A DNA stretch of 63,955 nt, counting the filler, from Hausera hauseri (taxonomy: Eukaryota), in assembly GCA_046269625.1 (NCBI GenBank). It is 11 parts of 11 records of this genome, joined end to end, with 100 filler letters (N's around TTAATTAATTAA, not from the genome) between each part and the next. Parts side by side here need not be neighbours in the genome. Positions count along the whole stretch, not along the records: positions 36,845 to 46,003 come from JBJURY010445468.1; positions 46,104 to 52,057 come from JBJURY010163532.1; 9 more parts are not named here. The stretch is one strand, 5' to 3'. Shown one piece after another: positions 37,780-51,659 of this stretch (position 1 is the first letter of the stretch; every line of letters starts with the position of its first letter). Under the pieces are notes generated by a model. The model was not told where the DNA came from, ran no database searches, and saw only the letters and a program-made list of their open reading frames with translations. The position numbers were made by a program, and so were the translations under genes.

Positions 37780-40700
37780 CTTTATACCCAATGGGTATCG
37801 TTTATCTGGTCTTATTTCGATTTTCACTACCCGTTGTATTGACACTACTTCTTCCTATCCGTTTTTACTAATATAAACGGTGGTGGGTGTTATTCTGATA
37901 CCTTTGTAAGGTCCTCTTCCGGTACGTGCAAGCTTTAACTTTGTGCCTTTCTTAGCTACGGGATAGTGCACATAAATCCAATCTCCGTTTCTTAAATCGT
38001 ACGGTTTTGCCTTCTTGTCGTATTGCTTCTGAAATCCTTCGTGATATTCCAAAGATAGCGTTTTCGCTACTTCCCAACACTTTTGTAGTCTAACTTGTAG
38101 AACTTCTACGAAATTTGGTTCTAGCTCCTCAATGTTTGCTTCATACGTAATCATTCCTAAGTCAGTAGGTTATGCTGATTCTCGTCCGTACATCATGAAG
38201 AACGGTGTAAAACCTGTCGCGAGGTGCAATGTGGTATTGATGGCAAATTTCGTATCTTCTAGAAATTCATCCCAATCCTTCTGATCCTTTGCGACAAGGT
38301 TGACAGTATTCGTATCAAAATGACATTATACGTTCAACCATTCCATTGCATTGGGGATGATAAGCTATCGTAGTTAATCTCTTGATTTTGAATATTTTTT
38401 TAATTTTATCGAATAGTTCGCTAGTAAAATTTCTTCTTCGATCAGTTAATATCTGATCGGGCGGCCCATATCTATAGATAATTTTTCTTACCACGGCCTC
38501 GGCTAATGTTTCTGCTTTCTGATCATATAGTGCTACTAACTCTACGAAGTGAGTTAAACGATCGACTCACGTTAGTATATATTTGTTATTTCTGTGCGTC
38601 GTGGGTAGTGGTCCTACGATGTCCATTGACATGGCTTGCATCGGCCTGTCTGGCACAGCTATCGGTTTCAACTCTGCCATGTAATTCCGCATTTTCCTTT
38701 GCCTACTCGCACATACTTCGCAAGCGCTTACTCAATTTTTCACGTCTATATATATATACTAGGCCAATAGTATTTGTTTAAAACCCTTTCTGACGTCTTC
38801 TTCCAAGACATATGTCCTGCAAAATACGAATCATGTTCTGCCATTAAAACTTCGGTTCGTAGAATTTTGCGTACAACTACTAATTTTCTTCCTTTTCGTT
38901 CGTAATACAACACTTTTTCATTGTTCTTGTTCTCGGAGACACAATATTTGTGTCCATGTCGTTGTAAATGTTTGTTTAACTGATGTCCTTTTGGCATTAC
39001 ATCTGTTTCGGCATATTCAATGATTTGTTGAATGACTCGATCCTTCTTCTGTTCGTATGAGATTTTGATTGCTCCGTCCAATGCTAAAGTTCGTTGCCTC
39101 TCTACTAATTCTTCAAGCTGATTTTTTTTCATCGTCACAATAGTACTTGTCTTCGTTTTTAATCGTGATAACGCATCTGCTCCCACGTTTTTTGCACCAG
39201 GTTTATATTGGAATTCAATATTGTATCTTGATATTTCTTTGATCCATTTACTCAACCTACACGTAGGGTTGTTTGCTCGTCTTTTTAGGGTTGTGACTGC
39301 TTTGTGATCTGTAACTATTATTATCTTCTGTCCATATACGTAAACGTTAAAATGCCTTAAGGCTTTTTTTACTGCTAACGTTTCTAATTCTGTCACCGAG
39401 TAATTTGTCTCTGCTTTCTTCAGGGAGCGTCCTCCGTAAGCGATTGGATGTTCTAATTCTTTGTCTTCGCGCATTTGTGCTAATTCATATCCGATACCTT
39501 CTTTGCTTGCGTCTGTTTTAATAATAAACGGTAAATTAAAATTAGGATATCTCAGTGCTAGTTCGCTGGTTAATATCTTCTTCATTTCATCGAATGCTTT
39601 TTGCTCAACATCGGTCCATCTCCATTTCCTTCCCTTTTTTAATAATCGGTATAATGGCGCATTGATTTTCGGTTATCTGGTACGTAGGTAGCAATATATC
39701 CATATAGTCCTAACCAATGTCTCAGTTCCTTTTGGTTCCGGGGTTCCATGCAGTCTGAAATTTTATTCAGTAATGATTTGTTGGGCTTGGATCCTCCTTC
39801 GCCAACTATATGGCCACGATAAAATACGGCGTTTTGAACCCATCTACATTTCTTTGGGTTCAGTTTCAAGCCAGCTTGTTCTAATCTCATAAGAGTGTCT
39901 TCAATATCCTTTAGATGCTCTTTTTCGTCTTTTGATTAAATCATTACGTCATCTAAGTACGCAAATGCGTGTTCAAGTCCCATTAACATTTTATTCATCA
40001 TCCTGGTAAATATGGCTGGTCCGGTGGTAATTCCAAACGGCATAGCGTTAAATTCATATACTCCATCGCGAGTTTTAAACTCCGTTTTATAGCGGTCTTC
40101 GTCTTCAATCTCTATTTGCCAGTATCCGGATTGTAAATCCAGAGTAGTGAACCATTTTGCTTTTGATAGCCTATCTAAAGCTTCCTTTACATACGGTAGG
40201 GGAAAAGAATCTTTTATCATAAGAATATTCAACGCTCTATAATTGATACAGAACCTATGTTTTGTGGTACTTTTCTTTTTGACCATAAGTATAGGTGAAT
40301 ACCATGATCTGAAACTTGGTCGAATTATATCGTCCTTTAACATATGTTCTAACTCCTTGGTTATCTCTGGCCTTAAGGAATGTAGCGGCGGATACAATTT
40401 CGGCATTTTCTGCTCTTCGAGATCGATTTCATCGTTGGATCCGGGCTTTTTCTTAAGCGGTATAGTTAACCTTAATGTCTTTGCTCGTACAATGTCTTCT
40501 TCGTCTTTTGCAAGAATTAATTTATATCGACATAATAATTCGTAAAACTGGCAATAAGCTTTTGGTGAAAAGTTTGTATCAACGTGTGGTGGAAATTCAG
40601 CGTATTTATACGATTTCTATTCAACCGTTATTGCTGATACTTTGTAAGTATGCCCTATAATAGAGTTAGCATATAACTTTACTGGAGTCTGGGCATTATT

Positions 40701-41594
40701 CACTATCCTTACAGGTATTCGTACAGATGCTACCCTGGTTAATATATTGCTCAATATTATATTCGGGTTTAACGTTCCTTTTGGTTCAAAATATACTGGT
40801 ATTTTGTCGTCTTGACAGATTTGTGCAAATATCAATAATTCCCTTCTAGGCGGAATGTTTTCGTCGATTGGAATCCAGACTTCTCCGGATTCTCTTTCTT
40901 TATTAACTTTAGTTCCTTTTATCGGTCCGAACTCGATTAACTTCGAGGTATTCAGATCTATCGCGACGTTTGATAGACGTCTTAATATATCACATCCTAA
41001 TACTACGTCGTCTGTTAAGTGTTCCATTATAAAAAATTCATGTCGGAATGTCTGTCGCATTATTTTAAGATTAGGATTCCATTTGAATTTCTGTCTTGAT
41101 TCTTCTCCGAAAGCTCCTATACTTCCGGGATCTGTTGCAAGCGGTAGTCGTAATTGATTTCGCAACATTTGCGGTATCGATCCGTTCTTTATAAACGATT
41201 TTTCTGATCTGGTATCTGCTAGTGTGTATACTTCCCAATCGTCAATACTAATTTTTGAGAAATGTCTACCTTCTTTTATCTTAGGTTGTTTAACGACGGA
41301 TATTTTGTACCCATTTATACTAATTTTTGGTGCTTTATTTTCAGCTACTTGTCTTAATTCTTCAATGGGGTACAAGCCATTATTTACACTGTTTTTGTTG
41401 TCTCGATCAGGTGTATTGATTAGCGGTTCTTGTTTGTTTGGGTTATGCAAGGATTGCATTCGTGGATTATCCCAAATTAATGATTTATTTTCTATATTCC
41501 GTGAAATCTTTAAAGAGTATATTACCTTGCGATCATCTGCCGACTGGCGGCATAATTCAGATTTTTCTATGGTTCGGTACATTTTCCGTAACAC
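37780..41594 (-). pseudogene. Gypsy pol, copy A (aspartic protease, RT, RNase H, integrase)
   Basis: LADTRS (protease), RFCINYR, LDLQSGYWQ, MPFG, YLDD, IKTDASKEGIG, VTDHKA, EHDSYFAGH, YHPQCNGMVER and RGPY. Confidence 0.93.
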
Positions 41595-41899
41595 GCCGTA
41601 CTGTTTTATCCCTTTATTGGGATCTTTATAACTGAAAGGCTTTCGATAGATTTCCCAACTATAGGAATTAATAGACTCTTATCGCTGTCTTCGTATTTCG
41701 GTGCCGAAGGGGGTAGCATTGGCAAAGGCGGCCTAAGTGCCTTCCGATTGCTTATCTTGGAGACCGCGTCTCCTCCCTTAGGCTTATCATCCGAATTGTT
41801 TTTCCGAAATTTTGAGTTTCTTTGTCCTATAGCAAATATAGGTTTTCTCTTTCGTTTCCGATTATAATAACCAACGTGTCGCGCCACATTACTTTTCCA

Positions 41900-43692
41900 T
41901 TTGTTTTCTTCATAGGCTTTCAAAAATTTTCCAAATGGTGTTATGACCGCGGTCCGGTTAGAGTAAATATTTTATAACCATTTATGATAGATTGAATTAT
42001 AGCTTTTATGAGTTGTACCAAGACATAGATGGCTAAGAATCTTGATGCAGCTTGTCCGAAAATTAAAAATTTTCCCCAAATTTTATACAGTATTTCTGTA
42101 GTAACTCTTTGATAATGTCCAACACCAAGTAGGGGTTCCCATTTTGCTTGATAGCGAGTGTCATCCATCACCGTTGGCATGGCCCTATTTAGCTCATGTG
42201 TACGCTGTCGGAGGAAAGCTAGGAATTGTCTGAAAGCTTCAATTTCCTTTGGTCTGTAAATTCCTTTACTTGTAATGTCAGCGAACTTATCGTCGGTTAT
42301 ACCTTTTAATATATTAGTTCCAGTTAATTTGCTAGGCGTAGATATTATTCCTCCATTTGGCAGACTTATCCAATCTGTCGCACTTCTCTTAAACATAGGT
42401 TTGCCTAAACCTGCTTTGCATTATTTCAAAATTGTTGGCTGTGTCGTGTTTTCTAGTAAGACTGTAGTGAGTTGCATAGCCAATCGGGGTACGTTTTGAT
42501 ATATGACCGGCAATTCTTGAATACAGCGTTTTTATTCCACGTTTAAAGATAATTCCCGTTTTTCGCATTCGTAAGTCAATAGTACCTCGCCCGTAACTCT
42601 TCCGAAAATACCCTCTTTCATTGGAATTACGAGTGATGCTAGTTCCTGATTTGTGTATATTAATGCCAGTTTTGTCCTCATGATTTCCATATCCAGTTTA
42701 CAATTATTCGCAATCATTTGGTGATATAATTCTGCTAGTCCAATCTGTCCTTTGTAATAAAAGTAATCATCTCTATTCTTGAAATAATCTTCTATTTTTA
42801 CATCTTGTGTTTCGGGAGCAAAAGTAGTTATTGCTGCTTCTGCTACGAAGAAGGCTTCGTAATTCGTGGAGTACATTACTACATTACATCTAGAAAGCAT
42901 TTGCTTCTTAATGTACTTTAATCCGTGATCTTCGGAGATCGGTATCTTGGGTGTAGATTGTTCAGCAACGTCCTTCCTTGGTCTAGCATTATTGTCGGTT
43001 GTCTATACATATCTTTTTCCTATGGTTTCGTTAAAATTTATCTATTTTATTTTAATAAAGTTACAATCATTCATAGGTGGTGGAGTCCAAATGACTATTG
43101 AGTTTCGGAAAGTACAGGCACCCTCTTAGATATGGCACTTCTGGTTTTCGGTATATGTTTTCGTAATACTATGGAACATCACCTTTTGGTTTCTCATTTC
43201 TGTTTCGTAGAAATCGACAACCACTATTTCTGCTTCTCTTCCTTTTCCGGTATCGTATTCACCTCCTTTATAGTATCCGGTGTGCATATCCAATTTTCCG
43301 ATTGCTACTTTATATACTCGAATTATTTTTCCTGGCTGAGCTTCTAACTCCATCTCATCCCATCTTAATCTTCCAGTTTCTTTAGCTTAACGGGGAATTA
43401 ACGGGGTCGTCGGTTTTACTATAGATTAATGTCCGTGCATGTTTCCATAGTACAAAATACTTCGCGATCGTCGCAACATGCATTCTATTCCGTCTATTGC
43501 GATCAAATCGCGCTGCTGGTAGAGAAAGTACTTCTTTTTGATAGTTACTAACTTATGAGGTCGGACATCTTTGCAGAATTCTAAATCTATCAAGGAATAT
43601 CTTTGTCCAACCTTAAATTTATCGCAGTTGTATATGGTGATTGCGCCAAGTTGTCTTATTAACATCATAAGTGTTATTAATTTAATCATCCA
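41900..43692 (-). pseudogene. Chuvirus-like envelope glycoprotein, copy A
   Basis: Signal WMIKLITLMMLIRQLGA|ITIYNC. Then CMLRRSRSILYYGNMHGH, GIFGRVTGEVLLTYEC, CIQELPV, KGIYRPKEIEAFRQFLAF, and TM WGKFLIFGQAASRFLAIYVLVQLIKAII. Block order matches chuviral/endogenous chuviral G as recalled. Confidence 0.8.
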
Positions 43693-46003
43693 ATTTGATT
43701 TACTGTCTCGCACTGAGTTAGTTGGCATTAAATTTTTTACCACATCTTCGATTTTAGTGGCTGGCCTGTTTCCATCTTCGTCATCAAATAGCTTAGACCA
43801 ATTTATTTCTCTAGGTATCTTCCTAGCAGCTTTTCTGACCAATCCAACGGTCCTATTGAATTCATTCTCCTTTAGAGGATTCGTTTTGGTTGCCAAATAC
43901 AATGTTAATTTCCTTAATTCTACCATAATTTTCTCGATTAAAACTTCGTCAGATAAGTCGCTTTTATTTATTTTCAACCGAGAGGTTCTCATAATCTTCG
44001 CAGCATCATATATTGCTTTTCTTTTTCTTCTAACATCTCATCTTTCAGTCTTGAATAGTTTACTATTTTGATAATATATCTCAGCAACTTGTTTAACTCT
44101 TAGCTCTGGGAGTTAGTCGCGAGCATGGATAGTTGCCTTAGTTCTCGTATCAGAGCTGCACTTTGGTCAATATCATCTCTTATTTTTCTCGGCCCTTCCA
44201 ACTGGTCGTTTTTGTTTCGGTGCAGTTGGTATTGCTTCACTAATCGGTACTAAATTTTTATCGTATTGTTCCTTATCTTCATATGTTTGCAAGTATTCGG
44301 AATACACTGAAGCATTTCGGACTCCCATGATTTGTTCCACACATTGGTCAGTTTTAGTCTTTCTCGTGGCTTTTGCTTTAATCTGTTCATCGAGTATAAT
44401 CCAACCATCTATTAACTGTTCTAATTCGTCCAATATTCTGCCTCTAAAATAGAGTCTATAATTTAGTTCGTTTTTACCACCATTGTTTATTAGCTATTGT
44501 CTTACGTTCTTCACAGAGGAATACGTCGTAAACTCACATTCTTTTCATCTATCCACTTAGACGACACTTTAACTTTTAACGTCACTTGAGGTTTAGCTCT
44601 TAAGATTTTAGCGTATTTTTTATTAAAAGTTTTGGCATAGTATTATAAAGTGTGTTTTAGCCAGACAATCTAATTAGAGTAGAAATAAGTTGTCTTAACT
44701 TATTTTCCGTAATATCTACGTTAATCAGTTCAATTAAATTTCTTTCAGTTAACGCAGAATCCAGAAGCACCTCCATACTGAATCTCCGATCTTGTGGATA
44801 GATTTCGGTTTCGTACAGGTTAACAGGAGTTTTCGGATTCTCGATAACTATTGCATCTAAATACGCATCACATTCTGGATCGTATTCCTTCTCTGGGGGC
44901 CCATAATCAATTATTGACATGAGATTGTCGAATTACATTAGCATTATGTACCATTTCTCTTACTTCACGTAGTTTTTGTTGCCTCTTGATCATTTGTGTC
45001 GTCCGGAAACAACGTCCGTTGCCGGAAACATGATGCAATCACGTTGACAGCTGACAGAGTTCGGCTGCCCGAATGAATCATTTTTCTTGGTAATCGGTTA
45101 GGTCGGCGGTTACATCTTCTTGCCATCATTGTAGGAATTCAGATTTATTGGCTATTTCTAATTCGGTAATAGCGTATTTACTTCTGTAGACTTCCAACTT
45201 TTTAGTTAACTCATCTCTTTCTATTTTTCTTTGGTTGGTACGATTTTGGGTTTTCTGAATGTGACGTTTTCGGTTCTGCAGCTGTCTCATTTCTACTGCA
45301 GCTGTGTCATTTCTACTAATAACAGCGTTAATTTGCTAATTGCTTCCAAAATTTTAGATTCGGCGTCGATTTCTTCAATTAATTTCTTTATGAAGCTAGT
45401 TTCCTAAACAGTTAATTGATGATCTTCCATTATCTTTATTAATTCAGTATGCCATTTTTGATCTGATCTTGGCATCCAATTCGATGGTTTTCGTATAAAT
45501 TTTAATGCACCGTCTACAGAATTCTCATAGTCTGGACAGATTTTTAATATATTCAAATCTTTTGTCGAAATTTCATTTATGGGTTTAGTTGTCAGGTACC
45601 GGACTCTTTCTTAACAAACATTTCTACATTTTGGGTAAAGGTCACGTAAATGTCATGTTTTGTTGCGACTTGAAATCCTTTTCTTTAATCATTTTGTAAA
45701 TTTCTTTTAGTACTGCCATTTCTTCATTATTATGAATTTTAGTTGTGTTTAATGTAGAGTTTAAATGATCTAAGGCAGTCTGCTCTTTTTTAGGGTAAAG
45801 TTTAGTAATATTGTCTGATTGTGACTTTTCTTTATTTACAGTACTGTTTTCTTTTCCACACTTCGCCGTAATTCTGCTGCAATTACTTCAGTCATTACGA
45901 TCATTATTGCCGTTATTACCATGGTAATGTCATTACTTCAACGTTCTTCTGCTAACAAGAATTTGGTAACAATGGCAAAATTCAAGTAAAAAACAGGATT
46001 GTT
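43693..46003 (-). pseudogene. Unknown charged/helical region upstream of the glycoprotein (Gag-position domain X), copy A
   Basis: ORFs 44657-44920, 44173-44433 and the first 100 aa of 43426-43992. The 3' part aligns with 52164-52727. No clear capsid domain or intact CCHC knuckle is seen. Confidence 0.5.
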
Positions 46004-46103
46004 NNNNNNNNNNNNNNNNNNNNNNNNNNNNNNNNNNNNNNNNNNNNTTAATTAATTAANNNNNNNNNNNNNNNNNNNNNNNNNNNNNNNNNNNNNNNNN
46101 NNN

Positions 46104-47265
46104 TACTCCATTTTTCCTCCTTTTCTGTCTACGAAATTGACATTTTCGCCATTCCTTTACACTCCCTCCTTTTTTGCATGTTTTTACTTGTCTGCTATCC
46201 CCATGCAATCTCCAAAATAGGGTGTCTTCCCATTTTTTTCCTTGCATTTTTTTCATTTTTTGGTTTTCATTTTTTTGGTTAGGGTTTTTGTTCGCTTTTT
46301 TAGTTTTAGTTTGACTGTTTTTTTATTGCTTTTTCTTTTTTTGTACAACACTACTCTATTTCTAGTAGTTGTAAGTTATGTTGCAGCTGTGGTAAACATT
46401 TCCAATTTTTCCACCGCTAACTTGCACCTCCTCGTCCTGCGTTTCTGTTCTTCTTTCCATTATAAGGTGCTGTTCGAGGTTTCTACTTCTTTTCCTGAGG
46501 TGGTATGTAATACTGGCCTGCTCCTCAACTTTCATTCTTAATCCGTTGGCATACATCTGCGTCTTATTCAGCTGCCTTTGAGCTTCGGACAACTGTTTTT
46601 TAACTGCTTTACTTCTTCCGATTCGTTTGTTACTTTCGGCTTTGAATTTCAAATCTTGTTGAGATTTACATGAAATTGGGGATCCTTCGTATTGTCCAAA
46701 CAGATTTCCTCAATTTCTGTTCCGGCTTTAATTTTCATATCGAACCTGCTATTTTCCACCTATTATATTTTTTCTGCCGCTTTGTCTTAATTTTATCTGT
46801 AATGACAATACGCTCCTGCGTATTGTCGGCACATGCTATGACCCTATTTAATTGTTCCATTCGGCTTTTGATTACACGAGGTTGGCCAGTTTCCTTCATA
46901 AATGTCCTTTTGTTTGATCTTGCCTGCTGCTGCATTTCTTCTGGTTCACTTGATATTTTTTGCTTCTCCAAGTTCTTATGTTCTTCCCCTGCAGCTTTTT
47001 TTAACTATTCTTAAACTACTGTCGGACAGAATTCTTTTGACGAATTTGTGTAAGTGCAATATCTTCCCACTTTTCTGACAAGTGATTTTGTTTCTGATTT
47101 ATCATTTTGTCTGCCTTTTGCTTTCTCGTTGTCTGGAACTGTCAATATCAATATTTTGAGTTGTTTTCGGATTTTGTTTTGCGTTGTTCATATATACTTC
47201 AGTTTGTCTTAACACTTTCGGCGGCTGACACTATCAACTCTTCAGTTAACATTTGAATGTTCATT
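46104..47265 (-). pseudogene. Decayed K/E/Q-rich coiled-coil ORF, divergently oriented from PolB
   Basis: Fragments 46735-46971, 46362-46652 and the 46104-46256 piece. TATAAG followed by GCAGT lies upstream (~47300-47315). Confidence 0.35.
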
Positions 47266-48189
47266 TTGTGCGTTTTGAAAAGGACAAAATAATGACAAAC
47301 ACTGCCTTATATACTTTTTGCGAACTACTTATCGAAGCATAGGGTCTAAAACTACTAAAACGGTAAATTTTTAATGCACACAAGATTTTAGATGTGAACA
47401 TAGATCAAAAAAATAAAACCATGATTATTTCATATACACGTTTTTTGATGCACATTCACACATGATTATGAGTCGTAATTATTTACGTTGCGACTTGATA
47501 ACTTATTAAGTAACGATATTACAAAATAAGAATCATTTTACGTTGCGGTATTTTAAATAAATTGATCAACAAATTTTTAATTCTGACAACAGTAAGGGAA
47601 ATAATTAAAAACACTACCTTATACTATTTACGAACCCCTGCTTTTCGAAAGAGTGGGAATTAGTGGCAACACATAATTTTTAGGTGTGCGCACAAATAAA
47701 ATTAAATCACATGATTTATTACATACACATACGCATACATTCATACATAGAATTATCTATAAATGCGAAAGTTAGATTTTTCTTCAAATCCATATTATGT
47801 CTCGTGTAAATTTTCTTTTATGTAATTGACATTTTTTTACTTTAGTTTTTTTAGAAATGTCAACTTTACAAATACTGCACTTCCGCAGTGCACAATGAAG
47901 AAAATTGTCACAGTACAATGGGGAAATATTACGGTTCCCATTGTTATATATACCCATTCTGTGAAACTGTCTCAGGTCTTTCATACAAATTTTATACAGA
48001 TTTTTCACATGTCCGACTTCCGTGAAAAGAAAAAGGTCGTTTTTCAAAATCAAAAGGAGGCACAGGTCATGGCTTGGAGATTATTTAGGAAAATTAACAA
48101 TGGATAATCAACCGGTGCAGTAGTACAGACAGGAAGTCGAAATCTTTAGTGTGACTGGCTGGAGGAGTTAAGCAAAGCAGGTAGAGACA

Positions 48190-50570
48190 TTCCGATGCTG
48201 TGGCTTTTAAAAGTCGAATGTGAAAAATTGTTCTACCTGCGATAGGACAAAATACATTGAAAATTTTCTGGGTTCCATTTTAAATGAATCAATAGGAATA
48301 TTGGAAGATAATCTGAAGGAGCTGAAAACTATCAAAGTTAATTTCATGCCAGAAGCCGGATATACGGATATAAATAGCGAGGAAACAAAAAGAATATTTA
48401 AAACAAAAAACAAACCACTTTTGGAGTAAAATAGTGAATTTTTGAATAATGAGTTCATACATCTTATACATGAAGTTGAAGAAAGTCACGGAAAAGACAG
48501 TGGTTGGGCACTTTTGGTGATTAAAAAATTAATCATTCGTATACATCATTCGTATTTTCCATGAAGAGGAATTTCTTATGTTAAACTTCATCACTGGATT
48601 GAAAATAAAAAGGCGTGCATTAATGTTAAGAACAGTGATCAATTTTGTTTCAAATATTCAATATCATCAAAATTTATAAATATACATGCGGAAAGGGAGG
48701 ACTTATAGAGACCTTTAGCATGACTATGATTTCTCATGTATCAGCTTACCACCATCACTTCATGACTGAGTAATTTGAAAAAAAATAATTTAATTTCAAT
48801 TAGTATATTTGCGATTGATGATTGACAGAAAATGTATCCGCTTAAGGTATGTAAATTTGGAAAAATTGATTATAGGGACCTGCTTCTGTTAAATGAAGGA
48901 GACAATGATAATTACATATGATTCAGAAACCTTTTACAACTGGTCTCAAAACACCAATGACCAAGGAAATATTGAAGTGTAAAACATGCTTGACTCATTT
49001 CAATGATGATATTGATCAACTGAAAATAAAAGAACACATTGTATTGCAATGAAAATGAGTTCTTACTGGTTGATTTGCCAAAGGAAAATTACATAATGTT
49101 TAAGGAGTATGAAAAAATGCTCTTTGAAAAAATGTGACTTTGAAGCAACATTACACCGATACATGGATGTTATCTAAATCTTCAACAGTCCCATACATCA
49201 GGTTATTATTTGCATGACTTTTCTTCATTTTTTATATATTCACAAATATTTAATGAAAGCCCTTTTTTGTATGGCGGTCTAGGTGCAGCTTGTTTATTTA
49301 TGAAGAGATTGGAGAATATCGCAAATTCATTTAAAATATGAATCCACAATACATGGTTATTACGCTGGATGAAGAATCTAAATGGGAAAATGCCACAAAT
49401 TGTTATTTGTGCAGTAACGGCTTTATTTTAGACAATCACAAGGTCAAGGATTATTGTCATATCACAGGCTATTTCATAGCAGCGGCCTGCAATTCATTCA
49501 ATTTACGATGTCGAACAATCAACCTTATTTGTATTGTTCATAATTTAAGAGGGTATGATTCCCACTTCCTTATTAGATAACTAGGTGAAGATGTGGGAAA
49601 GATTGATATCATCCCTCACAGTGAAGAGAGATATAAGAACATCAAAATACATAGGGAAAACAAGTCTCAGATTTATTGGCAGCTTCAAATTTGAGTGCTT
49701 CACTTGACAGTTAGGCAAAAAAGTCTTCTGTCAATTGATTTAAAAGAAACAAAATTTTACATGCAACAATTTTTTACTTAGTAAATCATAAAGGGCTTTT
49801 CCTCTATGATCATATTACATCACGGGAGAAATTAGATGAAAATTCTCTAAAGACAAAAAGAAATTTTACAGTTCACTATAAAATTCAAACAGCAATGATG
49901 ATTATAATTATGCCCACAATGTATGGCAGGCTATTAATTGTAAAACGATAGGTGACTACATTGATATATATCTTAAAACTGATGTGTTACTAGCCTACAT
50001 TCGGGAGCTTCAGGGATATTACCATGGGAAATTACAAACTGGACCCAGCACATTTCTTTATTGCTCCTGGAATTTCGTGGTCAGAAATGCTTAGATATAC
50101 TGGAGTGAAATTGCAGATGCTCAAGGACTACTTTCTGATATTGATGCTCGAAAGGGGGATTTCTGGAGGAATTTGCTAGGTAGTCCATCGATATGCAGAG
50201 GCAAATAATCAGTGTGTCAAATTATGATGAAACGAAACCATCTTCTTTCATCACATATCTGGATGCTAACAACTTGTACGGTTGGGCAATGAATCTCAGT
50301 CTCCCATGTGATAATTCTAAATGGGTATAATATCCTGATAGCATAGATATCATGAGCATTACCGATGATGCTGAAACGGGATATATCTTTGAGGTAGATA
50401 TTCACTACGATTGGCTTCAGCATGCAGAACATGATCAGTTACCTTTCCTACCGGAATCAAAAAAACCACCTGGCGGAAAATTCAGAAAATTATTAACCAA
50501 TTTAGGTGATAGAGAACGATACGTGGTGCATTACGTAAATTTGCAGCAGGCTATCCGGAATTTGATTTAG
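48190..50570 (+). pseudogene. Protein-primed family B DNA polymerase (Polinton/adintovirus type), heavily decayed and 3'-truncated
   Basis: GKDSGWAL, NKKACINVKNSDQFCFKY, KVKDYCHITGYFIAAACNSFNL, VHNLRGYDSH, YLKTDVLL, YLDANNLYGWAM and GYIFEVDIHY. Confidence 0.88.
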
Positions 50571-51659
50571 AATTTATTGGATGGTTGAATAAAAATCAAA
50601 ATCATTTATATACTGACTTGTTGGAAATCCACATGACTGTGTATGTAAACAGTGGGGCTCTTTGCGGACGCGCTCTGTCTGAATCATTTGCGTGCGACTG
50701 GTGTTTAGTCATTAACGGGCAACGGCACGTGATAGCCAGTATGAATGTGTTCGTAAATTTTTGGTGGAAGAGCGATTAGTGCTGTCAACAGTAAAACTGT
50801 TAGACTCCATATGATGATTAATTTTGACAGTACAGCCAAGATAATGTAATTGTTTTCAGGAGTGAACTCTGTATTTATTCTTAAACTGTCGTTCGCGGTT
50901 CTCGATTTTTTTCACACAGCATTTAAATTGTTAGATCAAATATTTTAATTAAACTAAGAAGTTAGTGAAAGTAGAAAAATCAAAATTTAAGAATCGTTTG
51001 GATTTGCCGGACCAATTGACAATTTTTAATTTAGTGTTTTTTGTCTAAAACGTTAAATTAATATTGTGCTGAGATTTAAAAATTAAAATTTGTTTGATAA
51101 TTATTTTATTTTACAACACGCAAAAAACAAAAATATTAGCTTATCAGGAATACAGGAAATCAGTTATTAGGAATGTCAATCATGAGAAAGAAAGGACAAT
51201 TTTCCATACTTATTTAGTCGTATCTTTCAATATCTTTCAAGAGGAATTATTTGATTACGCGAACAATATTTTAATTATAAATGCCGATACATTTGTGATT
51301 GTCGACAATCATGGTAAAATCCGATTCTACTGAACAATCAGTTCCTATTGGCAATTTAGTCGATTAAACAAAGTCAGTGTTCTTTACTGTTTATTCCAAA
51401 GATGATTATTATATGAAGAATGTCTGAAGAACGCTGATTAGAGACGAAATCGTTAAATAAAACTTAGCAAAACAAAAACTCGACAGTTGGCCTTCAATCC
51501 CCAGTTAGAAGAATTTCTGGACTTCTGAGAAACGGAAACAATGCTGATCGAGTTGGATGCGGTGCACAGGTTTACTTGGTTGACGTACTTGAACAATCCC
51601 AATGAAGTTTTGGAATGGGTTGGAAACGTTGCACACAAGGTGGCTCATCGACAGGAAAT

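Larger units (their letters stand above)
36845..46003 (-). mobile_element. Ty3/Gypsy-like retroelement copy A: X domain, chuvirus-like glycoprotein, PR-RT-RH-INT, second membrane protein (decayed; LTRs not in contig)
   Basis: Continuous colinear ORF fragments on the minus strand, homologous over their shared length to 52158-59866. Confidence 0.88.

Noticed and set aside
40243-44071. Plus-strand ORFs overlapping the retroelement (e.g. 41224-41631, 43571-44071)
   Set aside because: These are antisense shadows of the minus-strand coding sequence and contain no motifs.
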